64,000 nucleotides of DNA from a virus. The stretch spans positions 1 through 64,000 of the IMG/VR virus record IMGVR_UViG_3300013094_000036, one strand, 5' to 3'. The number at the start of each line of letters is the position of its first letter. The stretch's first letter is position 1. This document shows, one piece after another, positions 19,580 through 29,291 of the stretch. Below the pieces are notes generated by a model that worked only from the letters and a program-made list of their open reading frames with translations, made no database searches and was not told the origin of the DNA. The position numbers and the translations under genes were made by a program.

Positions 19580-20044
19580 ATGAAAGCCCAAGACTTGAAA
19601 ATACGAACAAAACAAGGAGCAGGATGTTTGATATTCTGCAGGTCAACAGATAGATTTCTGTTGATTTTACGCAGTGAACTTGTTCCTGTTGCCCTTACTT
19701 GGAGTTTACCCGGAGGCTCTGTTGATCCTGGTGAAACTCCAGAACAGGCTGCACGCAGAGAAGTACAGGAAGAAATTGGATTTGTGTTAGAAGATAACCC
19801 ACTACAACTGATATACACAAATGAAACACATGCCCCAAGATTTAAATTCTACACCTATGCTGCCACAGTTGACAAAGAATTTAAGCCAACTCTTAACTGG
19901 GAAAGTGCAGAGTACACCTGGTGTGATTTGGATAATTTACCATCACCGCTACATTGGGGTATGAGCCAACTGCTGGCATTTGATCGTGCAGCAGAAAGAC
20001 TAAAAAAATTTGTAGATGCTGAAAAAGACAAGCACAGTTATTGA
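19580..20044 (+). CDS. Nudix hydrolase
   Basis: GGSVDPGETPEQAARREVQEEIG Nudix box. Confidence 0.95.
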   Translation: MKAQDLKIRTKQGAGCLIFCRSTDRFLLILRSELVPVALTWSLPGGSVDPGETPEQAARREVQEEIGFVLEDNPLQLIYTNETHAPRFKFYTYAATVDKEFKPTLNWESAEYTWCDLDNLPSPLHWGMSQLLAFDRAAERLKKFVDAEKDKHSY

Positions 20045-20096
20045 ATTTGATTGACAAGATTTATAAAAACCTTTAAATTACAAGCAGGAGATTTAC

Positions 20097-21062
20097 ATGG
20101 AACTGCTTGATCTTGTTGAAATTAAAAATCTGTTGAAATTCAGTAATAAATGTGTTATTGGTGTAAGTGGAGGCATTGACAGCATCTGTCTTCTTCACTG
20201 GTTTGCAGAAAATAAATCACATTTTTCCTGTGATATTCAAGCCATTCATATTGATCATGGCATTCATTCAGACAGTCATCACTGGAGGGAATTTGTTCAT
20301 GCAGAGTGTGAAAAAGTGGGTATTGCTATTCGCTCACACAAAGTAGATCTCACGGGTTTGGGAAATAATCTTGAATATGCTGCTCGCAAAGCCCGATATC
20401 AGGTATTTTGTACATCAGGAGCAGATACAATTATTCTTGCCCATCATGCAAACGATCAATGTGAAACATTTCTCCTAAAACTTTTCCGTGGTAGTGGCAT
20501 TCGAGGTCTTAAAAGTATGCAACAAACCAGTGCATGTTGGTATGATAGTAAAATTAAAATTGTCAGACCCATGCTCAAAATTACAAAAACAACTATTGAA
20601 ATGTGGGCAGAAGAAAAGAATATTACTGGAATTTTGGACCCCAGTAATCTTGACCTACGGTATGACAGAAACTTTCTTCGTAATAAAATCTGGCCTGATA
20701 TTTTAGAAAGATTTGGAGTGGCAGATGTTAATACTATCCGCAGTATTCAACATATTGAAGAAGCATGGGATCTGACTTCACAGTTGGCTGACATGGATAT
20801 TGAATCAGTTCGACTATCAGATAATTCTCTTGACTGGCTAAAAATCAAAGAATTGAGTTATCTTCGTGTGAAGAATCTTGTTTTGCGTCTGCTGGGTCAA
20901 GAAGAAGTTTACACATTCAGTATTGGTCAGGTAGAACAGTTTGCAAATGGTTTGCTATCTGCAACCATGGACAACAGAAATCAATTAATCACTAAAAATA
21001 TTATTCTTACAAAGGTGGGAAAACGAATTATAGTTGAACGAATAGTTCAACAGGCTGCTTGA
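20097..21062 (+). CDS. tilS: tRNA(Ile)-lysidine synthetase (short form)
   Basis: SGGIDS PP-loop, AHHANDQCET, RG.G..GL, RP, DPSN..Y.RN. Confidence 0.93.
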   Translation: MELLDLVEIKNLLKFSNKCVIGVSGGIDSICLLHWFAENKSHFSCDIQAIHIDHGIHSDSHHWREFVHAECEKVGIAIRSHKVDLTGLGNNLEYAARKARYQVFCTSGADTIILAHHANDQCETFLLKLFRGSGIRGLKSMQQTSACWYDSKIKIVRPMLKITKTTIEMWAEEKNITGILDPSNLDLRYDRNFLRNKIWPDILERFGVADVNTIRSIQHIEEAWDLTSQLADMDIESVRLSDNSLDWLKIKELSYLRVKNLVLRLLGQEEVYTFSIGQVEQFANGLLSATMDNRNQLITKNIILTKVGKRIIVERIVQQAA

Positions 21063-21093
21063 CATAATTGAGATAAAATTTATAAAATTATCA

Positions 21094-21810
21094 ATGTCAG
21101 ATAGTTCCGCATTAATTGTAATTCCCACAACTGGGGCAGATTTTTTAGCAGACGCTGTAGCAAGCGCTGTAACACAAACACATAAAAACACACAATGTTT
21201 GGTGATTATCGATGGTCCTGAATATGAAGAAAAATCTAAGAAAATTTTACGCCATTTTCCCAGTGTAAAACCCATGACATTACCCTGGAATACAGGTGCA
21301 AATGGTTGGTATGGACACAGGATTTATTTTCTTTCAGCACCTCTTGTTGAGCAGGACTATTGGTTTGCTCTTGACCAAGATAACTGGTTTGAACCAACCC
21401 ATGTTGAAAGCCAAATTGCAACTTGTGAAAGAAATAATTATCGATGGTGTCATAGTTTAAGAAAAATTTATGATAACACTGGAAAATACATCTGTGATGA
21501 TGACTGTGAAAGTCTAGGTAGATATCCTATATATTTCAATGATCAACATCATCTGGTAGATACAAGTACATACTGTATAAAACGAGATGTTATAGTAGCC
21601 ATGGCATCAGCATGGTACAGTGGCTGGGGCGGAGATAGACGATTTTACAGTGTAATCTCTCATCATGTTCCAGAGTTTGGCTGTAGTGGACAATCAACTG
21701 TTTGTTATAGGCTAGATGGAAATCCCAACTCAGTTACTGCCGATTTTTTCCTGCAAGGCAATCAAATACAAAAACAACGATATCCTAGAGGATTTCCCTG
21801 GAGAATCTAG
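21094..21810 (+). CDS. Glycosyltransferase family 2
   Basis: VIPT, IIDG, LDQDNW, DTS and DR motifs; paralogous to 6075..6764. Confidence 0.8.
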   Translation: MSDSSALIVIPTTGADFLADAVASAVTQTHKNTQCLVIIDGPEYEEKSKKILRHFPSVKPMTLPWNTGANGWYGHRIYFLSAPLVEQDYWFALDQDNWFEPTHVESQIATCERNNYRWCHSLRKIYDNTGKYICDDDCESLGRYPIYFNDQHHLVDTSTYCIKRDVIVAMASAWYSGWGGDRRFYSVISHHVPEFGCSGQSTVCYRLDGNPNSVTADFFLQGNQIQKQRYPRGFPWRI

Positions 21811-21814
21811 CCTG

Positions 21815-22069
21815 TCAGTAGATAGCCCCAGCAACTTGAATGGCAGCGTTTAAACACTGTTCCAACAGAATTTTGTTATTGAGATCATCGGCTGCTTCTG
21901 CTACTTTTACCATGGCAGAGAGATCTTGCATAAGGTCAAGATATTCTGCTTGAGATATCTGACCAGAATCCAATGCCTGTTGATATTGCAGTGCTTGTGC
22001 AGCATTATATGCCACCATCTGGCTGGCACTGGCCGCGAGAAAATTCAAATTATTGATAACTTGACTCAT
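21815..22069 (-). CDS. Hypothetical protein
   Basis: G.IS..EY.DL..D motif; coupled to the upstream lipoprotein gene. Confidence 0.6.
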   Translation of the reverse strand: MSQVINNLNFLAASASQMVAYNAAQALQYQQALDSGQISQAEYLDLMQDLSAMVKVAEAADDLNNKILLEQCLNAAIQVAGAIY

Positions 22070-22443
22070 AGTAATTTCAACTTATTCCCTTCAGATTTTG
22101 CGATTAATCTAGCAGTATTATAGATGTTGTTGACTTTTTGTTTGCAGTAAATCTGACTAACAGTTCCTTTTGACATCATGGATTTGAATCTGTTAATTTC
22201 ATCAAATTGTTCAGTGAGCATTTTAACAAGGTCATTGTCACTTCTGCCTGCCGCATCTTCTAGTGCATACACAGTATCGTTGTAAATTCTGATAAAATTT
22301 GCTTGCATGGAATCAGTTGTGGCACAAACAGCATCACTATTCCCAGTTATTGCCGCAACATCTACCATACGATCATAGTTTGTTTGATTGAATTTTGCTG
22401 TACAACCCGCCAAAACCAAACTCATGACTACAATATATTTCAT
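22066..22443 (-). CDS. Putative lipoprotein
   Basis: MKYIVVMSLVLAGC lipobox. Confidence 0.65.
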   Translation of the reverse strand: MKYIVVMSLVLAGCTAKFNQTNYDRMVDVAAITGNSDAVCATTDSMQANFIRIYNDTVYALEDAAGRSDNDLVKMLTEQFDEINRFKSMMSKGTVSQIYCKQKVNNIYNTARLIAKSEGNKLKLL

Positions 22444-22501
22444 GAAACTATTTATATCTGGCATAATTATCTATATAATGGTCTAAAAGCGAGCCAACAT
22501 A

Positions 22502-23149
22502 ATGCGAGTAATTTTTTGTCTTCCTGGCAAACAGTTTAGTAATAACTATTTTAATTCTTGGAATGCCACCATATCTGCTCTCAATGAGCAAGGCATTTCC
22601 TTTGCGTATTCGATGACATACGATCCTGTTGTGTATTATACAAGAAATAGAATACTGGGAGGTCAAAATACTCTTGGAAAAATTCAAAAACCCTGGCAAG
22701 GAAGTATAGTTTATGACAAAATGTTTTGGATAGACAGTGACATTGTCTGGAAACCAGAAGATGTGCTGGCTCTGTTGGCAAGTGATAAACCTATTATTTC
22801 TGGAACCTATCTTATGAGTAATGCAACACATTTTCCCATTGTAGAAAACTTAGACTTCAGTGTGTTAGCAAGCGTTGGCACATTTCAATTTATGACACAG
22901 CCCGATGTTTCTGCTAAAACTACGCCTTTTAAAGTGAGTTATACTGGGTTTGGTTTTATTTGCATTAAACAAGGAATACTGGAAACCATGGAATATCCAT
23001 GGTTTCAACCAAGATGGATATCAAATCAAAACTTTCATGATTTTTGTGCAGAAGATGTTGGCTTCTGTTGGACAGCGCAGGAACTGGGTCATGATATATG
23101 GGTCGATCCCTCAATCAAGGTTGGTCATGAAAAAATAATTTTACTTTAA
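22502..23149 (+). CDS. GT-A fold glycosyltransferase-like protein
   Basis: RN, WIDSDI, G.GF, EDV.FC and D..IKVGH.K motifs. Confidence 0.8.
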   Translation: MRVIFCLPGKQFSNNYFNSWNATISALNEQGISFAYSMTYDPVVYYTRNRILGGQNTLGKIQKPWQGSIVYDKMFWIDSDIVWKPEDVLALLASDKPIISGTYLMSNATHFPIVENLDFSVLASVGTFQFMTQPDVSAKTTPFKVSYTGFGFICIKQGILETMEYPWFQPRWISNQNFHDFCAEDVGFCWTAQELGHDIWVDPSIKVGHEKIILL

Positions 23150-23432
23150 TTTTTTCTGACATTTTATAATAAATATACTGTATGGTCGCATAAACAACAC
23201 AATAAATTGAATTATTGAGCAAAAAATCTTTTCACCTGTTTCTTTAATAACTCATATACCAAGAAACCAACGAGTCGAAACACACATTGCACCTATTATC
23301 GTAATTAAAAAAACTGTAATACAGTAAAGTAATAAGTTAAGCAGAAAATTAAACTTTCAAAATAGATTGATATAGTGTAAAATTTTATTTAGAGTTTTGT
23401 ATCTATATAAGGCTTGGGGGATATATACTTTT

Positions 23433-24188
23433 ATGACTTGGAATATTTTAGATATTGTAAAAGCTGGAAATTTTCTTCCTGATGTCAGGAAAATAACAAC
23501 TCATTGGTGCTCCAGTGATTCACAAGAACTATTTGAAAAAAATCTTAGAATTCAACCAGATGATTGGATATGGAGAACGCGGCAAGTTAAATATACACTT
23601 AATTCTGTAAGATATCGTTGTCCAGAATGGCAGGACATAGATTGGAAAAATTCTATTCTGATGTTCGGCTGCTCACAGGTATTCGGCATAGGAGTTGATG
23701 ACGCGGACACAATCCCAAATATTTTATCCACCCTTTTAGGAACTCCTGTTATAAATCTTGGTATATCCGGTTCTAGTATGCTTTTTTCTTTTCACAATGC
23801 GTTGCAATACCATGCTGGCAATCGGCCAACCCCATTGGGTGTAATAAATCTATGGACCTCGTGTTGTAGAACGACTACATATAAAAAAGATTGGATTGAA
23901 TATCACGGTCCATGGAATATAAAGCAAGAGGATATATTTGATTTATACAATATAGACGCTATAAACCCAAAAATTAATGCATTGCAAATAGAACGGTCTA
24001 GTCGCATAATATGGAAAGATACAAAATATTTCAGTGCATCATTCTTTGATGATACGGTTGATGCCTTGGGATGTGTTAATCTAACTCATACTTGTAAAAC
24101 ACTCAATGATTCCAGAGATGGCATCCACACAGGACCTGATAGTAATAAAAGAGTAGCAGAGTATCTAGCCAATAAAATAAATTATTAA
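23433..24188 (+). CDS. Hypothetical SGNH/GDSL-like protein
   Basis: FGCS..FGIG, NLG.SG.S and RDG.HTGP motifs. Confidence 0.6.
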   Translation: MTWNILDIVKAGNFLPDVRKITTHWCSSDSQELFEKNLRIQPDDWIWRTRQVKYTLNSVRYRCPEWQDIDWKNSILMFGCSQVFGIGVDDADTIPNILSTLLGTPVINLGISGSSMLFSFHNALQYHAGNRPTPLGVINLWTSCCRTTTYKKDWIEYHGPWNIKQEDIFDLYNIDAINPKINALQIERSSRIIWKDTKYFSASFFDDTVDALGCVNLTHTCKTLNDSRDGIHTGPDSNKRVAEYLANKINY

Positions 24189-24252
24189 CAATTTTGCAGA
24201 TATCTAGAAAAAAACCTTGACATTTAAAATAGAATACCCTATATTAATACTC

Positions 24253-24890
24253 AAGGGAAGCATACAGCAAACCAACAAATTGCTTTCGGTGCAAAACAAA
24301 GTCTTCCCGCCACTATGTTCTTTGAATTTTCTTATTGGGATTGTTACAGCAATACTATCAAATGCAAACAGGAGCACAACCTGTATAAATAAGGGCAAAA
24401 ACAATCCAGTTTTATATCAACGAAGACTGCAGCAAAATAAAATTTGCGATTGTTCTTCTATAACTAAGTGTTTTACACAATATCATATATTGTAAAAAAA
24501 CTGACCATGCTATGATTTGGTGCTAAAGTAGAGTAACTGGACTTTTAACCCAGCGCTGCTCGATTTAGCATCATTTTTTTTTAAATTTCATCACAATATT
24601 TTTTTCAAAAATTACATTGACAGCAGCCAAAAAATCAATTATTATCAAGTTAATGAAAAAATATATATCATATCGTGGAACGTTGCAATACCCCATTGGG
24701 TCAGGCAATATTCTTAAAATTTTATCTAGGTGACTTTCAAGGTTGGGTTCAGCAAACTTTTCGGATGAAACGACACCCCAAAAGGGTGTTGTGAGGATGG
24801 TTCAAACCCACCAACGGATTCTGAAATACAAAAAGAAGATTGAGTTCCGCAACACAAAATTGTTTTCATATAACAACCAAGTTCAATCTG
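24253..24890 (+). ncRNA. Array of five stem-closed small RNAs sharing a (TA/TG/TT)C(A/C)GCAA motif (putative Y-RNA-like), plus one anticodon hairpin
   Basis: Units at 24253-24309, 24337-24409, 24421-24459, 24739-24816 and 24836-24890, each with complementary 5'/3' ends. Promoters with -35 at 24217 and 24617. Confidence 0.65.
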
Positions 24891-24895
24891 TAAAC

Positions 24896-24921
24896 AAACG
24901 GCGACATTACTGTCGCCGTTT
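24896..24921. terminator. Hairpin terminator between the RNA array and the convergent HNH gene
   Basis: aaacggcgaca-ttac-tgtcgccgttt. Confidence 0.75.
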
Positions 24922-25866
24922 TCTTGTCTGTCCTCTTCTCCAAAGTGTTTGATCAAATGTGATGAAATCTTCAGGATTGATACGCTTGTTATCGATACCG
25001 TTTGTTATGAATATTTGTCCTGCTAATTTTGGAATAGGCGCAGTAGTCTTACCTCTATACCAAACAGTCAAATCATAGTTTTCAAGATCTTTCGGCCAAA
25101 TCCTCTTATTTTCAACTCCATTTGTTATGAATATTTGTCCGGTCAATCCTGCACTAACATTTTTTCGATGTTCGTCTGTTGCAGGTTTTCCTTTATTCCA
25201 AGTCGGCTTGCCTTTTTGTGCGTTGCTAATGTTTTGTCGATGTTCATCAGATAATTGCTTTCCTGCATTCAGTTCTCGCAAATGTTGTTTTGTTTCATCG
25301 CTATGAGTTTTTCCATAAAAACCGTTTTTCTCACCAACCAATTTTCCTCGCATTGCAATAGACTGTTTCAGTTTTTGCTCGTCTGATATAGTTCCACCTT
25401 TATTCCAATTTGGGACACTTTTTGGTTTTCGCATATTTACTGTGGTTGTTCTTGGTTTGCGCATTTTCTGTTTAGCTTCTTCAGTTTTTGGCAATCCTTT
25501 GGTGAATTTGGATAGTTGTTTTCGTAGAAATTCATATTGTTGGGCACAAATTTTGTATCGATCCCTGCCATTACTCCTCATCGTCATTTGCCAATTTGCA
25601 TATGCTAACTTTGATTTCATTTGATTGTCACCGACCATCTTGACCAATAGCATATGACAGATAAAATGTTCTTTTGCAGTGAGATCAACGAGGTTCTCGA
25701 GATCATGGTCGCCTCCTAATCGAAAGCATTTTGGGAGAATATGATGTGTTTCCGAATATCCGATTATTTCTTGTCTATTGATTGCATTCTCGATAATCTT
25801 TACATACCAGTTAGTGTATTTGTTTTGTAGACATAGAGAATGAATTTGTTGTATATAAATATTCAT
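24907..25866 (-). CDS. HNH homing endonuclease with NUMOD3 repeats
   Basis: ETHHILPKC..GG....NLV.LT.KEHFICH motif; FYGKTHSDETK. Confidence 0.92.
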   Translation of the reverse strand: MNIYIQQIHSLCLQNKYTNWYVKIIENAINRQEIIGYSETHHILPKCFRLGGDHDLENLVDLTAKEHFICHMLLVKMVGDNQMKSKLAYANWQMTMRSNGRDRYKICAQQYEFLRKQLSKFTKGLPKTEEAKQKMRKPRTTTVNMRKPKSVPNWNKGGTISDEQKLKQSIAMRGKLVGEKNGFYGKTHSDETKQHLRELNAGKQLSDEHRQNISNAQKGKPTWNKGKPATDEHRKNVSAGLTGQIFITNGVENKRIWPKDLENYDLTVWYRGKTTAPIPKLAGQIFITNGIDNKRINPEDFITFDQTLWRRGQTRKRRQ

Positions 25867-26020
25867 GCTGTTGCCCTCCTACGGCAATAGAGCGGTTGGG
25901 GACTTCCGATCCCGTGAATCGCAATCGATATATTTGTTCTAAATTATGTGTTGACAATCACCTGCACATAATCTATTATTAAGAATATAGAACAGCAATT
26001 CAATCGCAAAGAGGTAAAAA

Positions 26021-27439
26021 ATGTCACTCACTTTCGCCCAAGCGGCGCAGGCTACTCCTAATCTATCAACGACTGCAAATGGAATGGTAACATTGGACCA
26101 TAGTGGTGATCCCTCCACTACTCTGTTCTTTGCCGTTGGTTCTAGCCGAGGTAAGGATTTAACTGGTGCATTTGCCCGCGCATTCGCAGCAGAGCCAGAT
26201 GTTGCCATGAAGATTCTCTTCTGGGCACGAGATGCTCGTGAGGGTGCTGGAGAGCGTGAGATTTTCCGCCAGATTATTCGTAATCTAGAAGTCACGGCTC
26301 CTGATAGTCTAGCACGCAACATGTCACTGATTCCGCTGTATGGAAGATGGGATGACCTGCTGGTATTCAACTCACCAGCATTTAAAATTTCTGCATATAA
26401 TTTGATTACTCGTGCTTTACGCGCTGGTAATGGATTGGCAGCCAAATGGTGCCCACGAAAAGGACCTGTTGCAAATGAGATTCGTAAATATTTAAACTAT
26501 ACTCCTAAACAGTATCGTAAGATGTTGGTGGAACTTACCAGCGTTGTAGAAACCAAAATGTGTGCCAAGGAGTGGGATGAAATAAATTATAATCATGTGC
26601 CAAGTGTAGCAGCAAATCGCTATCAGAAAGCATTTAACAAGCACGATAGTGCTCGCTATAGCATGTGGAAAGAGGGCTTAAAGACTGGTGCCAGTAAAGT
26701 AAATGCCAGTGTGCTTTATCCATATGATGTAGTAAAGGCTGTAGAGTTTGGTGATCGTGATGTTGCTCTAGCACAATGGGAAGCTTTGCCAGACTATCTT
26801 GGTGATGATGCCATCTTACCCATGGTTGATATTAGTGGCAGCATGGGTTGCCCTGTTGGCGGACAAAAGGGTGTAGGGCTAACCTGCATGGATGTGGCTA
26901 TCAGCCTTGGACTTTATATCGCTGACAAGCAACAGGGTGCCTTCAAGGATATGTGGCTAACCTTCAGCAGGGACAGTCATATTGATGTTTTAAAAGGCAA
27001 TCTTCTACAGAAAATCAATCAGATTCGCAATAACGGTGGTTTGGACACCAACCTAGAAAGTGCTTTCCGAAGCATTCTAAAGGTCGCGGTTGATAATAAT
27101 GTTGCATCTGAGGATATGCCAAAATATCTGATAGTATTTTCTGATATGGAGTTCAATCCAGCCTATATGGGTGGCAATTCTGTTGGTGCATTTGAGATGG
27201 CACGGCAAATGTTTGCAGCAGCAAATTACTCATGTCCCAAAATTATCTGGTGGAACCTTAATGCCAGACCAGATGCAACTGGAAATGTGCCGGTTAGATT
27301 TGACCAAAATGGCACTGCACTTGTCTCTGGATTCTCTCCATCAATCATGAAGAGTATTCTTTCTGGCACTCAATTTACCCCCAGAGGTATTATGCTGGGA
27401 ACAGTTGGGTCAGAGAGATATAAGGCAATCACTGCTTGA
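26021..27439 (+). CDS. DUF2828 family protein (TROVE/Ro60-like helical region + vWA)
   Basis: T.NG, RDAREGAGER, YGRWDD, AAKWCPR, V.S.A, DISGSM MIDAS, TN, SDMEF, WNL and SGFSP motifs; own promoter at 25951. Confidence 0.88.
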   Translation: MSLTFAQAAQATPNLSTTANGMVTLDHSGDPSTTLFFAVGSSRGKDLTGAFARAFAAEPDVAMKILFWARDAREGAGEREIFRQIIRNLEVTAPDSLARNMSLIPLYGRWDDLLVFNSPAFKISAYNLITRALRAGNGLAAKWCPRKGPVANEIRKYLNYTPKQYRKMLVELTSVVETKMCAKEWDEINYNHVPSVAANRYQKAFNKHDSARYSMWKEGLKTGASKVNASVLYPYDVVKAVEFGDRDVALAQWEALPDYLGDDAILPMVDISGSMGCPVGGQKGVGLTCMDVAISLGLYIADKQQGAFKDMWLTFSRDSHIDVLKGNLLQKINQIRNNGGLDTNLESAFRSILKVAVDNNVASEDMPKYLIVFSDMEFNPAYMGGNSVGAFEMARQMFAAANYSCPKIIWWNLNARPDATGNVPVRFDQNGTALVSGFSPSIMKSILSGTQFTPRGIMLGTVGSERYKAITA

Positions 27440-27492
27440 TCGATTTTATCCACAAGGATGGTGTATTAGCCATCCTTGTCAAAATTAAATAA

Positions 27493-27546
27493 GATATTCA
27501 GTGATTTTAGTAGATAAAAAGAATTTATAAAAAATCACTGAATATC
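27493..27546. repeat. 16-bp inverted repeat
   Basis: gatattcagtgatttt ... aaaatcactgaatatc. Confidence 0.7.
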
Positions 27547-27651
27547 ATATCGCAGATGCTGTATTCAACACTTGATCAATGAATCATGATAATGTTAGAC
27601 AATTACTGATTGACCCTGTCGGTGTTCCAGTAATAGGAATAAATACCCTTT

Positions 27652-28086
27652 ATGGATATGCGTGCAATCATAAACCTTTTAGAGAGTTATAAAAAGGGCG
27701 ATAAAATTGGTCGCTGGGCTTTTATCTATCTAGAACCAAAGAAAACAACTGGTGAAACCTATAACCAATTTGCACAATGTAGCACATGTGACCTGTTTCT
27801 CCCTGGAAAAAAACGCTGTGGTATTTTTGGCAAAAATGATGTAGTTGTTGCCAATGCCAGTTGTGGACTGTATATTCAAGGACAACCACATGACGATCAG
27901 CCTATTCAAGATGTTGTAACACCAGATGAGGCCGGTTATGTTATAGGTCAAGTACGGTGCGAAAATTGCAGTTGGTATAAAAAAGGCAAATGTGAACTTT
28001 TTGCAATGTTAGATGATAAAATGTCTGACACATTTAAACTTGGTGCAGATGTTGACCCCAAAGGATGCTGCAACGCATGGAGTTGA
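27652..28086 (+). CDS. Cys-rich protein with two HiPIP-like repeats
   Basis: CSTC..C...CGLY and CENC..C...GCCNAW. Confidence 0.55.
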   Translation: MDMRAIINLLESYKKGDKIGRWAFIYLEPKKTTGETYNQFAQCSTCDLFLPGKKRCGIFGKNDVVVANASCGLYIQGQPHDDQPIQDVVTPDEAGYVIGQVRCENCSWYKKGKCELFAMLDDKMSDTFKLGADVDPKGCCNAWS

Positions 28087-28117
28087 ACTGGGTAAGTTTC
28101 CCTACCCAGTTTTACTA

Positions 28118-28309
28118 TCACTTCTTAGAAAAAGTGGAAACAAAAAGATCAGAGAAATTTTTTGCTGGTGAAATCTCATACAATTTCTTGTTCAAGGCTA
28201 CGAAATCCTTGAGCAGGGCTGTTTGTAACTCATATGTCTTTTTAGTAGCTGTTGTTGCATAGTCCAAAACAGCGTCGTTAATTTCTTTAATTCCAGTATT
28301 ATCAAACAT
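28118..28309 (-). CDS. Hypothetical (phasin-like helical) protein
   Basis: GGAG RBS; amphipathic helical sequence. Confidence 0.5.
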   Translation of the reverse strand: MFDNTGIKEINDAVLDYATTATKKTYELQTALLKDFVALNKKLYEISPAKNFSDLFVSTFSKK

Positions 28310-28323
28310 TTAGATGCTCCGTG

Positions 28324-28539
28324 TTAATTTGAAAAAAAATTATGCTTTGGTGAATTGAGAGCATGTAATTTATGCTCCAGTTCAATGATATCTGCACTGT
28401 CAGCAAGCCACCGTTCTTCGGGACTCATACTCCAGTTTTTCCACAATTTCTGCAATTTTTGTATAATAACTTGCAATAACATTTTTTGGTCTCCATTCAT
28501 ATATACATTATTTACGAATTTTATGTTGCAGTGCAACAT
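28324..28539 (-). CDS. DUF3563-like small protein
   Basis: EERWLADSADIIELEHK resembles the E.YLA.S.D..DLE.R motif. Confidence 0.55.
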   Translation of the reverse strand: MLHCNIKFVNNVYMNGDQKMLLQVIIQKLQKLWKNWSMSPEERWLADSADIIELEHKLHALNSPKHNFFSN

Positions 28540-28573
28540 AACTTAATGCATATCTGATATGCAATCTGCTTAA

Positions 28574-28966
28574 CTATCTTTTACTATATAGATATACCAT
28601 ATAGGCACCCGCACTGCCACGACTATCTACAATAGGTTCAATCTTTCTAACACATGGTATATTCTCTACCCAAAATGGCAGTTCTTCCGCTATTTTACCG
28701 CTTTTGCCACTGATAATGACAAAACTTTTACTGCCATTAATACGATGTTCGTCAACAAACAATTTGGTAGCATTAAATGCCTGTTGAACAGTCATTCCAT
28801 GTAAGTCCAGAGAAAACTTTAGAGAATAATCTTGACCTTTTTTTGATTGAAATCTAGTTTCTGGTTTGCTCCAGACATCTTGTATATAACTATTCCATAC
28901 TCTGATGTCATCATCACTTAATTGTTCATCTTGTGTTACATGCATGGGGTTGTTACAGTTATTCAT
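28574..28966 (-). CDS. Smr domain protein
   Basis: LDLHGMTVQQA, IISGKSG, GAY.V. Confidence 0.85.
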   Translation of the reverse strand: MNNCNNPMHVTQDEQLSDDDIRVWNSYIQDVWSKPETRFQSKKGQDYSLKFSLDLHGMTVQQAFNATKLFVDEHRINGSKSFVIISGKSGKIAEELPFWVENIPCVRKIEPIVDSRGSAGAYMVYLYSKR

Positions 28967-29291
28967 GGTAAATTCTCTTATATCAAAGTGTAGACTCACT
29001 ATAGATAATACTCTATTTCTCAAAAACGGACAAGTTTTTCTTGACTTTTATAAAAATATAGATTATCTTTTATAAGTAATATCCAAGGGCATATTAAAAG
29101 GAGAAGCCTAGCCCACTTTTAGGTTAAGAGCACACTTAAAAATTTTAAGTGCTTTGTAAATAACCGTCTACGCCAACCTCATAAATTGTGGCGTTTTGGT
29201 AGATAAAATGGTTTATCTATCAATAACTTAGAAATATAGTTTGACAATACTGCTTCTAAGTTCTATAAACAATGAAGGAGAAAACGACGTA

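Noticed and set aside
24253-24890. CAGCAA units as a CRISPR array or ordinary tRNA genes
   Set aside because: Only a short motif is shared, spacing is irregular, and there are no full cloverleaves or CCA ends.
25939-26445. Antisense and overlapping ORFs in the track (e.g. 2141, 2719, 25939, 37377, 42267, 61424, 62675)
   Set aside because: They are shadows of well-supported genes or tRNAs and show no recognisable motifs.
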